Assembly (NCBI GenBank): GCA_003971905.1
Contig: RSEE01000120.1
Span: forward strand, 62,001 to 126,000
Source of the DNA: Moniliella sp. 'wahieum'
Lineage: Eukaryota
DNA length: 64,000 nt
Direction: 5' to 3'
In this document: positions 39,471 through 53,131 of the stretch, piece by piece
Position numbering within the stretch: position 1 is the first letter of the stretch
Layout of the letters: the number at the start of each line of letters is the position of its first letter
The notes under the pieces: model-generated
What the model was told of the DNA's origin: nothing
Databases searched by the model: none
Seen by the model: only the letters and a program-made list of their open reading frames with translations
Program-made: the position numbers and the translations under genes

Positions 39471-42400
39471 ATGATGATGGCCTGCCAACCTGCGCGCTAC
39501 CCCACCAGTCCTTTTCCGCTCGGCCTTCGGCTGCCAGCTCCCGCCACTTCTCACTGTGTTGCCCCCGACGCGTACGTTTTCTGTCCTCTGCGTGCGGCCT
39601 GGCGTCTGTGCGGGCTCTTCCGGACTAACCTCCTGTTTCACCCCGCAGCCTCACTTCCGACCGCTCCATCCCCGCGCTGCACACCGCTGGTACGGCGGCC
39701 AACCTGAGCCGCGGGTGCCTCCTGCCGCTCTACCCCACCCTAGGCGGACAGCTCTATGCTATTTCACGCGAGTATGGCCTGCCATCGATTGGCGGCCTCA
39801 GCGTATATCTGGTCGATGACGGCTTTGGCTCACTCGGGCCCTGTATTGGCGACAGTGCCTGGCGATCCATCTGGGCGCCTTACTTGCTGATGAGCCTCTG
39901 CTGCTTACTCGGGCCAAAGCGGCTCTTACTCTTCTGCGTCCTTCCCCACTCGGTCTCGTCCACCCACCGCCCTGGGCCTCGACTCTGATGCAAGCCTCAT
40001 CATGGCCACTCCCCGTTTGCCTATTTTGCCGCATCGAATGGGCGGTGGAGCCAATGCGCGCCTGGTGGTCAGACTGGGTTGCCGAAGCCCGCACAGCCGC
40101 CGGCCTTGAACCTACGCAACCCCTGACCTCTAATCCCTCTGCACCCTACACTCGCGCACTGCTCTCGCCCCTTCTGATCGTCCCGCCGGCTGGCTCGGCC
40201 CCAAACCCCTGACACTGAGCACACCTGACTATGCCCAGTCGGCCTCTCATCCACCCCGGATACTCTCGAACGAGTTTGGCGGGCAAAGGCCGAAGCGAAA
40301 GAGGACTTTCGTCGATCGACCGAACACAACAATCGCTCGCGGTACGGCAGATAGCTCGGTCACGAGCAGCACGTCTGCGTCCTTACCGCAGATGCAGTTA
40401 CAGGCCTGGCCCAAAGTTCCTCGCCGGGCCGAATTCCCCTCTACTCCCCGCGACAGGCAAGGATCGTGTCTACCCTCCTTCACATCGCCCCCCTTGGCCC
40501 CTGGCTCCATCCCTCTTCCGCCCCGCTCTCTTCCCGAGGCCGAATCGTTCCCAGTCTCTCCTCATCCACCTCCATCGACCTCTCCCATGTCCATTGCCGA
40601 GCGGCGCGGGTCTCCCCAACGCCTAAGTTTGCTTCGAAATCCTTTGCCCTCAAATCGTTCGCCACGAAAGCCGATCCCTACCACTGCGTTGGGGATCAAC
40701 TCTGGCCTCAACAGCCGGAGCTGACGCCCCCTACGCCCGTCTTCGCCTCCGGGTTGAGTGAGACATCCGTTCCCGCCATGGAAGAACAGGCCCTCTCCAC
40801 CGCCTCCCCTAACCGATCTTCTGAAGTGTCCTGGCCGACACCTGACCCATCACCGGTCGTGGGAGTCGAGGCAGATGACGAGAACCAAGTCCCTGGCCCA
40901 TGGGCACCGAGCTTGCACTGGCGTCCCACTCAACAAAGGATCAGGTACCGTCCCCTCTTGTTCCCCGGCAAGGCACGTCTTGGCCCATCGCCAAGACAAA
41001 TGATCTTGTTGGGGTTGACGTCGGGGCACCTTTGACTGGCCAAAATGAGTTGTCTTCCAGCCCGCAACTCAGCGAAGGGGTTGATGAGTCCGCGTCGTCG
41101 AAACCTCCCTCCTCGCGCGGGTTCAAGCAGGGATTCTCCCCAGTGGAGAGGCCATGTCTGGGAAAGATGAGCGCACTGCGACGAGTCGGGTGACTCATCC
41201 TCGCTTTTCAGCCAGCAGGAAGTCTCCGAACCCGGTTCGAGCGAAACACCTTACGTCGTCGCGACAATTCGGAGGAAGGGAGCCTGCCAGCGCTTCTGTA
41301 TTCGTCCCCACTGCTGCGACAGCTCCACCTGTGAAACTGGAGAACCAGCTGGAGCCCCGCCAGTCAACACTGGAGGCATGGAAGCCTTTGGCCTGGACGA
41401 GGACGAGTGGGCGGAAATGGCAGTCGTCCAGCCTATTTCAATGGGCCAGGACGCTGACTTAGACAGATCCGCAACCGAAAGCCGAAAGGAAGAGCCCAGC
41501 GTTTCTGTCCGCTCACTGAGTCAGGACCGTCCCTTGTCCGGCTTTAGCCTCACCTCATTCGGATTTGGCATGGATGCCGATCCTTTCAAGGCGTGGAACC
41601 GGTGGGGGAACAAGCACCGTCAGCTGGATCCGCCTCCAACAGATCAGGAAGGGGAGGTTCCGGTCGCAGATGGTGTGGGTCATGTACCGACGCTCTCAGC
41701 TGATCCCTCCTGGATAAGAGCAAGTCCCTCCTTCTTTCTCCGCTCAACCTGGACGCGCCCCAGTTCCAGACGACCACGTCTCAGATCTTTCGGGGCAGAG
41801 TAGCCCCGCCACTCAGCTTGTTGGGGCGGAGGAGGAGAGTGTCAGGCCAACACATTGTCCGATCCCACTCCAACCACACCATCGTACCCTCAGCCCCACT
41901 CTACTGCATCCGGGCATGGAGAGGCAGCGGAGGCAGCGGGGTGACGAAGCAGCCTCCGAGCTACTTCCAGATGTGGGGTCTGGGGTTCCCCCTCCGACGG
42001 TTTTGGAGCCTGCTCCGTTCCAACTCATGGCACGGAGCCCAGCCCAGCGAGAACGATGAGCAACCGGCGACAATGCCTTCATCGTGGAGCGAATGGAGTT
42101 TGCAATCGTCCCAGTCTTTGACTGAGGCGGACCGAGCGGCTATGAAAGAGATCATGGGCGACCCAGTCGCGCTCGACCACAACGTCGCCCCGCCTCGGTT
42201 TGTCGGCAAGACATCGTTGGAGGGTTCCTTTGATGCACCCCACGTTGATGCTCAAGCGCCGTCACTAACCAAGGGCGCACATGAGCTTGAAGAGCAGCCT
42301 CTGTCACCTTCTATGAGCGGCAGCATATCGGTTGACACGGAGCTCAGCAGCGGTGGAAAGGGGATCCATTGACCACCATTGAAAAGGCATGCGCTCTCTC

Positions 42401-45400
42401 GCCCACGGCTAAATCAAGGACTTTTCCTCTAGCTTAGCTCAAGCTCGCTTGCATGGGTTACTGGGTTCTACCGACTCACCTCAGTTTTCGTCGATGACCA
42501 TGGACCCAGCCACACCCCACAAAGACTTTGTCTAGTCGAGAGTACGTTGCCATTCTCCAGTCGGATGATGTTCCGGCCTCCCGGCCTCCCTCTTTTGCTG
42601 ACTCAACTCTGTCCCCACTCGCCCTCACTTCTGCTCCCCAGACACCCGTATGCGTCCTCCACTTTTGCTGCCGCCACCACTTCGCCTACCAGCAAACGCC
42701 GCTGGGTTCCCATCAGCTTCAGTTGCTCGGTCCGAGAGCGATCCGAAGTCGGAGCCGGTGCAGATCGAGGGGGAAAACTGGCAAGCACCCCAAGAGGGTT
42801 TAGTATCCATGGTCAGTCGCCCCAAGCTACACAGCCTGCCTTGCCCGTTTCGACCGTCAAATCCATGTCGACCACGGGAGGTGTTTATGGACATACGTTC
42901 TTCTCTTGCTGCGCCGGACGGAGGACGACTTCCACTCGGCTCGCGGGTCGCTCGACCAGTCGGTCATCGGTCCGCTATCCCCCGTCCATGACTTCCCCCC
43001 CAGGAGCCGCTACATGTCACAGGCGACGGAGGTAGCACAGTTCGTCCCTGAATTGGACAATCCTGTCACTCCTTCTACGCCCATGCCGCAGGAGGGGTGG
43101 GGGACCTGTCTGAGTCCTCAGGTTTTCTCTGGAGGATCGTACGCTCTCTTCTCGGATTCCAGCTCGTTGGGTCCTAGCGGAACTACGGTACGAGAGCCAG
43201 AGTCGATCACCGCGGAGCCGGAGAGGGCGAAGGATGTCGGCAGGAGGCTAGGACCAACTCCTCGAAAAGATCCGCCTTGTCCTTGGACCAGCCCAGCAAA
43301 GCGGAGACAACACCGTATTTTGTCCCCGTCTTCCGCCTCGCCTTCCTCGCGCTCCCAGGGAACAGCATTAGAGGACACGGAAGGGGCAGTCCCCCCGCCG
43401 TTACCTGCTAAGGATATTATGTGGACCAAGCACAGGAGACCACCCCACGGGCCCCCTCGGCCCCCTTTCCCCCGGCAGATGTCATTGGCTGGGCGGGGCC
43501 TGGAACCCGATGGTCTCACTTGGAATCATTCCGATCCGATTGAGATTGCCCAAGCGGATCCCTGATCAGTCCGCCTCCACTTCGGGAATGGCCGCCTCCT
43601 ATCCGCATCTCTCAACCCACCTCGATCAGCTCCCAGTCAAGCGAGGCCGAGCCGAAGCAGGCCCCTTACCCATCGTCCAAGTTCTCAGACAGCTCTTCGG
43701 AGGATCCCGAGGAGCCGTTGCAGGCTACCCAGGTGTCCAAGCCACATGTGGTCGAGGATATGTCTTCTCCCCCCCTTTTCCCCAGGACAACGCCTGGTGG
43801 AGCAAATCTACCGTCTCGCTCGATTGCGGCGCTGTTGAACAACTACCACCACATGTCGGCACAACCGCATCCCGCTCCGCATCGCTTGGGCAACTTGCTG
43901 GATGACGACCCTGACCCTTTCCGCCCCCCTCAGGCCCTGCTGTACCCCAAAGCGATGGAGGTCATGGGTCAGGGATGATGGGCACATTGCCAGGTGGTGC
44001 GGCCTTCCCTTCCGTCGCGCCATACTCGTACACTCCTCTCTCTACGTACTCTTCCGCGGGCTCAGCCATGGCCCCAGGCGGGGTGGGACCAATGTACACG
44101 CCTGGCTACTTGATTGGCGCCGGCCCGAACCAGATGACAACCACCCCCCTGATTGCCCAGAGCATCGAGGAGGTGGATGAGCCTGCGCTGTCGGCACCTT
44201 CGTCCAGTTACTCGATTGTGGCTGACACGGTCAAAGAGGATGAGGAGAGCATGAAAAACGTACATTCCATGTCGACCGGCCGGTCAACCCTCTTGTATGA
44301 GGGTGTTACGATGGCGTCGAAGCCGTCGAGTGTTTTGCTCCACGACGATAGTCTACCCAGTTTGCCCGACGCGCTCGACCAGGCAAAGGGTCAACGGGCC
44401 GAGGACGCAAGGGAAGCCGATCCGCCTCAAGGCACCCTGTCGCTCTCCTCGCATGGTGGTTTGGATTCCGAGCAGAGAGGTTCATCACCAGCTCTACCGG
44501 GGAGCGAGTCGAGCGGTGTGTTTCCGTACCGTCTGTCGCGCGATCTGCCCAACCCGGTGGGCGAGCAGAACAGCGAGATGTTGGGTGAGCGGGGCGTTTC
44601 ACCCTCGGGCTTGTTCAATGGATCGCTTGACAATTCGGGGATGCCGTCGATGCAGGCCTTGATGGACGGTACCATGGCTGACCTGAGCCCGGGCTCCACT
44701 CCCGTCATTCCTCAAGATGGGTTCCGTCCCGTTGAGCAAAACAAGGACACCCATGAGATGCCTGCCGCTGCATCTCCGCTCCGGACCTCGCTTCCTATGG
44801 CGGGTGTGCACTCCTCGCCCCCGCCGGCGAATGCGGTGGGAGCGATGGCCGGTTCCGGGGCTGATACCTCGACCGAAACGGAGGACACGACCTTGACCCC
44901 AATGCTGCCCATGCGGATGTTGGAGACGGAGGATAAGACGGGGCCCGCCCCGATCCGAACAGGTTGAGTCTGCGCTGCTCGTCGCACCTCACTCCTTGTC
45001 TCCCAGGGGTCCAAAGGATGGGAGGGGGCCAACGAGGCGAACGACATTATCCGTCGCGGCAGCACCGTGAGCCAATGTCACCGTTCCACCGCCACCTATC
45101 GTCAATCCGACATGACTGCCTACTCGTCCCGTCGTGACGAGGAGAGCCGGACGACCAGCCGCGCTTGGAGCCAAGATGGGTCAGAGTATCTTTTCGGAAC
45201 AGAGTGAGCGGGTCCGGTCGACGTTCTATCCAAATGACCCTTTAACACACCGGGCGGAACGGCGGCCCAGCCCGACACGGCGGCGCTTTCCAGTCCTCCA
45301 CAAGGCGGCTCCGACCCGTCTGCGCCGGCCCAGCCCGCTACTCACACCCAGTCCACTCGTTCTCCTCCTGTCGCCGGTGGCCAACAGCCGATATTGGGTT

Positions 45401-46359
45401 TGGGCCTGGGACTTACTCTGGACGAAGAATCGACGCGGTCCAACCGCCCCCCACCTCTGCGGTTGCGCAAATGGGCGCGCGCCTCTCCCGCTTTACAGAC
45501 AGCCCCGCTGCCTGTGCCGGAGGGTGATCGTGTACGTGGGACAGCACCTTCCAATATTCTGTCGCTTCAGAGTGACAAGGACATTGAGAGTCGTCTGGAC
45601 GATATGCTCAAGTACGCCGCCAACCTGCCTGCTGGCCAACACGACCTTTCATCTCCCTCTGCCCAGCTCGATAGCAGTCAGATGTCACCTTCGCCTCCGC
45701 GCACTGCTCCTTTACCTTCTTCAGTGTCCAACGCTACTATCACCCCTTCGTCCACCCACCCCATCTTGCCTCTGCGCTCCTACCACCCCATGACAACGAG
45801 CCTGAGCTATCCAGAATGACTCCAGGCTCATCGTCCCAAGGTAATTATCACACGCCTCTCCCTCAGGAACAGAGAGGAGTTGGACCCAGTATCTCGCTCG
45901 CAGTATGAGTCGCCACTGGCACCCGAGGCGCCCTTACCTCCATGGGAGATTGCATCCTTGCCGCCACCACCGCCTGGATGGGTCCCCCCCCCGCCCCCTC
46001 CTGGCTGGGAGGCTGGTAAGCCCCTCCCTCCACCTCCCCCTGGCTGGCCTCCGCTCGGTCCTTCCCCCTCGAAATCAACCCCTGCCACGCCCATCACGCC
46101 TGGCTCGTGGGGAGCGGGCCCAGCTCGGCCCAAAGCACAGGCGAGGAGGCCGGTCCATCCTTCGCCTCGCAGGGTGGCAAGCCATGGCCAATTGGTGGAA
46201 CGGAGGTCAAGCGGGACCAAGTCGGTGCCGGGGCAAGGTCCTACGGGAAAACCCCATTCACCCTCGCGAGCTCGCCGTGTGCTAGCAGCCGCAATCCCGA
46301 TCCGTCGCAGTTCCTCCCAACTCGTCAGCTGCCAGCCCGCACGCGTCCCGCTTCTCTGA
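39471..46359 (+). CDS. Very large Ser/Pro-rich, low-complexity hypothetical protein (multiple frameshifts; boundaries uncertain)
   Basis: Chain of overlapping + strand ORFs (39988, 40392/40466, 41378, 41818, 42906, 43718, 43975, 45394, 45880) with consistent Ser/Pro/Glu-rich composition and a C-terminal PPPPPGW repeat. Preceded by a pyrimidine-rich 5' region. No recognisable domain. Confidence 0.5.
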
Positions 46360-47019
46360 CCTGCCCCCCAGCCCTCATCTGACCCGGTTCAGTGATGCCC
46401 TGCCGACCAGCCCGCATCGCTCCCAGACCTTGGCTCAACGCTTGGGTCACACTGCTCCTTTGCCCGACGCACGAGCTGCGTTTACGCCCCTGGGCGCCAA
46501 CTCGTAGCTGTGCCTCGATCTTTGCCTCCTCTCCCCGCTCGCTTTCCCCCCCTTTTGTGCATCCATGTATTTTATGGCTCTAGCCCTTTCTGTGCAGGCA
46601 TCTGTATGGTTTCTGACCCTCCCCCCCCCCGCTTTGCGCCAGATGGCGAGGAGAGCTGTGTTTGTAGGCAGACGTGACGGCGTAAGGACCGTGTGTTCAT
46701 CAATAGCTTGGATGGCGTAGCAGCCTGATCGAGAGGCGACTGAGAAGGCGGCGCCAGAAGCTGCCCACGCTAATAGACTGGCTAGCAGACGTGGTGCGCA
46801 AGGTAGGCCAGGATGGCCGTAGGCCACATCAGTCTGTGGTTGCAACTGATGCACCGATCGATATATTGACCACGTGTTCATGTTATTCCGGCCGCAGTCT
46901 GATCACCTCGATCGATGATCGATGATCGATTGCTGATCGCCGTTGCGGCTTTCTTGCTGTGCCACCGCCACCATCGTCCACGTCCCTCCCATTGACCAGC
47001 CAGTGACCTCCTCGTCACA

Positions 47020-48305
47020 ATGTCCGAAAAGACCCCCTCACTCTCTCTGCCAGCTCCTCTCTCCCGCTGCCTGCTTTCAACGCGCTCTCTGGTTCGTTGC
47101 CTGCTCTTTGCCTGCGCTGTGCCCGCTCTGTGCCTGCTCTGTGCCCACCCTTACTTGACCTCACGCTCACTCCCCTCCCCCCCTTGTCGTAGGCAAGCGC
47201 GTTGTTTTGGCCAGCGGCAGTCCGCGGAGACGCGAACTGTTGGCAGCGGTGGTACGCACATCCTTTCTTCTGTGTTTGGCTTGGAAAGGGAGAGAAACGG
47301 GAAAGCTGACTTGGAATGGCAGGGCCTGGTTCCCGAGGTGGTCAAGTCGACCTACGAGGAAGATTTGCCCAAGTCGGATTATGTTGACGAGAAGATTTAC
47401 GAGTATCCAGTTGAGACGGCTCGGGAAAAGGTGCGTGATTTTGCATTGTGGTTCCATGATCTTTGCTTGTGTTCCATTCTCCGCTATTCTCCGCTGGAAG
47501 GTATTTCTGAGGCACGGCGAAAGCCGCAGACGATCCTGACCCCATATCTTCCTTTTTCACAGGGAATCGAGGTGTACAGGCGCCTAGTGGTGAGTCCCCC
47601 CCCCCCCCCCCCCCCCCTGCCCTTTGCCATGCAACCACAGCAGCTTGGGACGCAGGCTAATCGCTAATCATCTGCCTGCTATCGTCATACCATGAAGGAG
47701 GAGGACCCGGAAAATGCACCGGACGTGGTCATTGCTGGTACGTTTGGTTTCGGCGGACTATGCTCATGCACATGCCACATCATACTAATCAACCCCCCCC
47801 CCTTTTTTTTGCCCCATGTCCAGCCGACACGATCGTCATCAAGGATAATGAGATCCTGGAAAAGCCGTTGGACCGGAACGATGCGTTACGGATGCTGATG
47901 GACTTGAACGATGGGTCGTGCGAAGTGGTGACGGGCATTGCTGTTGTCCATCCCATCCTCGTCAGTCCTGGCTATGATCAAGTACGTTTGGAGCTACAGT
48001 GTTCGGGGGGCCCATGGGCTTGCTTACGTCGTTACTGAGTCTCTGGGTACTGACCACTTGCTGTACTTAGGAGCATGGCCGAAAAGACCAAGGTTAACTT
48101 TGCGTGGAATCCCCCGGAGCACCTGTTGGCCTATGCCAACTCAGGGGAAGGAATGGACAAGGCAGGTGCCTTCTCCATCCAAGGTCCGGGCGCGCTGTTT
48201 ATTTCCTCCATCGAGGGCGACTACAGCAACGTGGTGGGTTTCCCTGTTCATGCTTTCTTCCGCTTCCTTCACGACTTGTTGGAGAACGACGAGATTGAGT
48301 TCTAG
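47020..48305 (+). CDS. Maf/YhdE-family nucleoside triphosphate pyrophosphatase, 7 exons
   Basis: KRVVLASGSPRRRELL; VVKSTYEEDL; ADTIVIKDNEILEKP; YANSGEGMDKAGAFSIQGPGALFISSIEGDYSNVVGFP. Introns 47092..47192, 47252..47322, 47431..47562, 47590..47697, 47738..47823, 47981..48070. Confidence 0.92.
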
Positions 48306-48459
48306 ACTGGGTATCACGCGGCGCTTTCCTCGCTTTCCTCGCCCTTTTCGTCTGTCCTCTCCTCTCATATTGTCATCATCATCTTCTTGATCCCCTACAA
48401 AGCAGCACATAAATGGGAGGATCATGTGCGTAGTATTAGCAGTCCGGTGGTCCCGACAG

Positions 48460-49337
48460 TTACCGGAACGGGTTGGCTGCCACAGCAGGCGGAGCCGGCT
48501 TGGAGTCAAAGTCGAATTTCCTGGACTGAGATTGCTCAGTCTGGTCGGAGGCAGGGGACTGGGCATGCGAGCGAGTTTCGATGTTCGGACCGATGCAAGG
48601 ATGTTCGGCAAGGGAAGGTCTTCTTGGGTACGGATGGCGACACGCTCTTTGGCAAATTCGCGCTCGGCCACCGACTTGGCCATATGTCCGCCATCTCTCT
48701 GGCCTCCACCAGGGCGAACCGAGTAGCAGTCTCGTGCTCGGCGCGCAGAGCATAGTACGCACCCAATTGCGCTGGTAGGCTTCGAGGAGCGACATGTTGC
48801 CTTTTTCGTGCAGGGCGCACGGCTTGGATCAGGCTGCGGACAAGGACCAGAGCATACATAGGTTAGCACACAGGTAAATGACTTGTCGTCTTTCCCACGA
48901 AGAGATCCACGTACTCTTCCACATTTGGATTGCGTCCATAATCGCGCAGGTTCTCGCCCTTGCGGCGCGTATCGTACTGGGCGGCAACCAGCTCGTCGGG
49001 CTCGACCAGCGTTTGCGGCCGGGCAGCTTCCCATGGGTGGTCCTTGTAGAACTGAGTACGGACACGGTCGGCAAGGTATCGGATGGTAGGCAAGTTGTAC
49101 TATGGTTCTTGTGCAATTTACGCTCAATGCCATCGGTCTTGAGGCCCTGCTCCAGGCGGCGGGTGTACTCGAGGTGGGCAGCGGTCTTGCGGGCACGGTT
49201 GTAAGGCGGGGGCAAGGCGGGTTCTCGAGCGTGGCGCGCAGCCAGCTCGGCTCCTCCTTCACGTACCCGCCGCGCATGAGGCGCGACACGAAGACGGGCA
49301 CCTGGCCCGCAATGTTACGGCTGCCGTTGGCTGGCAT
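48460..49337 (-). CDS. RSM25: Mitochondrial small-subunit ribosomal protein mS23 (Rsm25), frameshifted
   Basis: RNIAGQVPVFVSRLMRGGYVKEEPSWLRATLENPP; PTIRYLADRVRTQFYKDHPWEAARPQTLVE; YGRNPNVE; FYALRAEHETATRFALVEA. Confidence 0.8.
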
Positions 49338-49706
49338 GACGGCAAGCTCACTCGCACGACGGGGGGGGTGGTGGGGTGGGACTCTAGCGCTTAGCCCTCT
49401 AGGGCCTGTCTGCGGCGCTGGGCAGGAACTACTAAAATTCCTATTCCGATGCGCGCCTTCCAAGCCAATGTGCATATTCCGCCCATTTCCTCGTGCACGC
49501 CGACTGGGGTGCTCAGCCGGCTCCAGCTGTTCACAGCCCCACGCGCCCAGGGTTTGAGCCTGTTATTAGGGCCTGCGGCTGTGGACACGACGGCTACGGA
49601 CCCAGTTGAGTATGCCATTTTCCCATTTCGCCGCTCGCATCCCATGCTTATTACCCAGCTGGACATCCAACGGACATCCAACAGGCGCCCTTGGTCGCTT
49701 CAGTAG

Positions 49707-51131
49707 TCACACCACCAGCGGCACCGTGCTCAGACATGGAAACGCCTCCTTGGCGGACAGACCACCATTTGCCGCTCGTGCGAAATGTAGCCCTTCATGT
49801 AACCCTTGGAAACAAACAAACGTCAGCACAGTTAACGCGCGCGCAATTGGACTCCTGCACACATACCTTGGCAACGAGTGTGGCGATATACCACTCGGCT
49901 TCAGCCATCTCCACCGCGACACCGTTCCAGACTAACGCGGCGTGGAACTTCGAGATGGGCATGCGCGTATCTTTCTGAGAGGCCAGCCAGGTACGTCGGA
50001 ACAAGGTGCGCAAGCAGCCAGCTCGAGCCCTCTCCAACGCAGGGAAGACACCCTTACGGATCAAGACCGTTTGCCTTGCCAAATGGGCATCGTCGTACAG
50101 CAGATCATCATACGCCTTGACATTGCCCTGTCGGAAAGCTTCCGTGAAGGGTCCATAGAGCCAAGCAATTGTAGGGAAAGTGCGCAAGAGCGCCGGGCTG
50201 GGAAGCGTGCCTCTCTGCAAGCGAAGGGGGACGAGGAACTGGAGGATGAGCTCTTGGTTGTGCTGGCAGAGGCATAGCACTGATCAAAGGCAAAGGAGAG
50301 GTGCTGTTCGGCCTTACTGTATTCTTCGTCAAGAAAGGCGAGCACACCTTGATAGAACCGGAACGTGACCTGATCGGAACGAGGGAACGTTTCCAGAGGG
50401 AGCACGCCCGCAGCATCCAGAGCACGAATAATGTTTTTGCACAGCGACGTCTTACCCAAACGGAAATAAGCCTTGCAAATCAAGTTGACTACTGTGTAGG
50501 CTCCCAGCCTGCGGCTCTCCTCGGGCTCGGACGTGCGGTCGCTTACACAGACAGCAAAGGCCTTGTTCAGTTGCCGCGCAGCCTCCTCAAGGTGCTTTTG
50601 TTTGCTTACTCCACTTGGCCCGGCCCTTGTGGGCGCCAAGACACTGGTGGCCGTGTCAAGGCGAATGGAGAGGCGCACATAGTCGCGTAGCACTTGAAGT
50701 AGCAAGGGCACGATCCAACTTCCGGGACTCAAGGTTTGGGCAAAGCGGAGCACAGATGAGGTGAGTGTACCCTGGATCTGGACGGCAGTAGTAAGGTACG
50801 ACACGGCAGCAGGCACGTCGACCAATGGAGGTGGATGCGGGGGAGGCTGGCCTGGAGCAAAGTCATCATACCCCATGCGTGCATCTGATGCAGCCTTGAG
50901 CAGGGTCTGGAGTACCTGGAGGTGGTTTTCGCACAGGCCCTGCCACGGCTCCATCAAGTAACCTTGGCATCGACGCAGGGCAGCGAGCAGGCGATTCGAC
51001 GGGACGTTCTTGATGCTCAGCATGAGCTGCGAGGCAAAGGGAGAGTGTACGGCAAATAGCAGCGCTAGCTCCGCTCCATTTTTCGTCTGCGAACTGGCGA
51101 CAACTGCATCGGCAAAGCCCGGAGCGTCCAT
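49707..51131 (-). CDS. CSN12: PCI-domain protein Csn12/PCID2 (Thp1-like), frameshifted
   Basis: LEEAARQLNKAFAVCVSDRTS..SRRLGAYTVVNLICKAYFRLGKTSLCKNIIRAL; FPRSDQVTFRFYQGVLAFL; E.E..IATLVAK|GYMKGYISHERQMVV.SAKEAFP, with an intron near 49797..49867. Confidence 0.87.
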
Positions 51132-53131
51132 GGTGGCGCCAGGGAGAAACAGACGGCGGCTGTGAGTGGTTCGAGAGGAGGTGTTTAATCAGGTCGCACT
51201 GCTGGAACCATCCATGTACGGCCAATGCAGGAGACAGATGGGTTTGGTGATGGAAATCGGTGCAAAAGCAAACACGTGAGCCTGACAAGACATGGGTTGT
51301 TGCACCGAACTCTTGCATTCCGCTTGTCTATCTCAGATCGTACGTGCCACAATCTCATGATGCATGATGCATGATGCCCATGATGTATGGTCATCGATCA
51401 TCGATGATGGCCTCACGCTTTTAAACTTCGTCTTTCCGTTACACGTTGACGCGTTAACGTCTGCTCAACGTGTTTTGAGGCAGAAGACAAAAGCTGCTCA
51501 CGTTCAACAAGCTTCAACAGCTTCAACGCACGTTCACATGTTCCCACGTTCTGAACAAACGTCCATCCGCTGTGTGGCGCTCGTGTGAAGAGCCCTGCAA
51601 ATGAGCTGGTGTGGCTCCCGCCTGTTCTGGACATTGGCGCATAGCATTTGCAAAAGCTTTGCGACAGGGGAGAGGGCAATTATTGTGATGATCAAGAGAT
51701 TAGGAGGCCGAGTGCTAAGGGTGCGGTGGAGCGGAAAGCGGAAACGACGTGGTTGTTGGGATTGTTTGGGGAGCAGTCTGCGGTGACATGTTTTCTGCTC
51801 GGAAGGAGCATTAGACCTCTCAGATCTCTCAGGGCAACAGGAGGATCTGGAAAAGGAGCCGGACGGGGATATGGATCAGGTGATCGATCACCCTCCCAGG
51901 CCTGAGGCCCAGGCGAGAAAAGCGGGTACAAGGTACGTGTCTCAGGATTTGTTGGGTACAGGGACTGGAGCCGATCGACCGAGAATAGTGCTGCCGACGC
52001 ATTGATGGCGCCGATGTGGATTCGGGTGGATCCTGCGGGCATACGAGAAGTTCTTTTTGTACCCCGACCGGCTGGCATGCACCAGGCGACTTATTTTATG
52101 AGAGGAAAGTGCGGGGGAAGAGCCGGGGAGATAGGAGAACGTGCTAGCTAGGGTCGTGGCTACTGTGGGACGCAAAAGCTATACGTATTCGCGGAGACAA
52201 ACAAGAGCCACAATGTCATGTCCGCCCTTCCCCTTTTACTGGACAACGAGAAAAAAGGCAAGCGTCGGCAAGGGGTGCCGATGGCGATTAATGGAGAGAG
52301 TGGGGGCATCGTATGCTCCTCCTACAACGGAAGGAGGGGCAGGTAGCACTGGTGGTGAGAGCAGTGGAGCTGGCGGCGCCAAGGGTGGGAGGTGGACAGC
52401 GGCGGGTGGAATTGGAGAGGGGGCTGCACTGCCCTGCCCACTCTGCCACGTTGAAGCTTGTGCGGCGTGACATGTGACATGTGAAGCGGCAGAGAGAAGC
52501 GGGGGTGGAGGGCTGGCCCGTGCGCGTGCAGGGAGCGAAGCCTAAATGGCCAGGGCGCGATAGGGCAGGCCCCGTGCAGCGCGGGAGGCGCGCGGGGCCC
52601 AGGGTGTGCTGGTCGCCTCACCAATCCGTGTGGCAGCGATAAAAAATCAAACGAGGCAGTCGCCAGGCACGCAACCGCAGTCCGCTGCGCCCGCCCGGCG
52701 CCACTGTCGGCCCTTGCAGCTTGCGGTGATGGCACTAATCATTAGTCCAGCATTAATCAGTCGGCAGGCGCATGGCTGCCCCCTGCGCTGCCCGTCGCAG
52801 CCGCCAGCACGGGCCTGGGCGTGCGGCCCGGACTCTGGCCACAGCCCCCATGCCGCTCGGTGCACGCTCGAGCCCATGCGAGGCGCCAGTGTGCCCATGG
52901 GAATCCGCGTCCGCACGGAGCCTGTGGAACGCATGCCGCCGTGCGCTCCCGTTCCACCCGGCACCCGGGCAGTGTCTGCTCTCCGCATACCTGATTCTGC
53001 AGCGCAGCGGTTATCTGCAAGACTCCGTTATTTAATCTTCCGCCTGGCCCCTAGCCCCACACCTTTTCCTCCAACTGCTCATCAGCCGCCGCCCTCTCCC
53101 CTCCCTCCTCTCTTGGACCATCGTCGCTGCC

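Noticed and set aside
51692..52470. Small ORFs upstream of GLN1 (51692..52078 -, 52141..52470 +)
   Set aside because: No motif, overlapping on both strands, and within a long divergent promoter. Unsupported without expression data.
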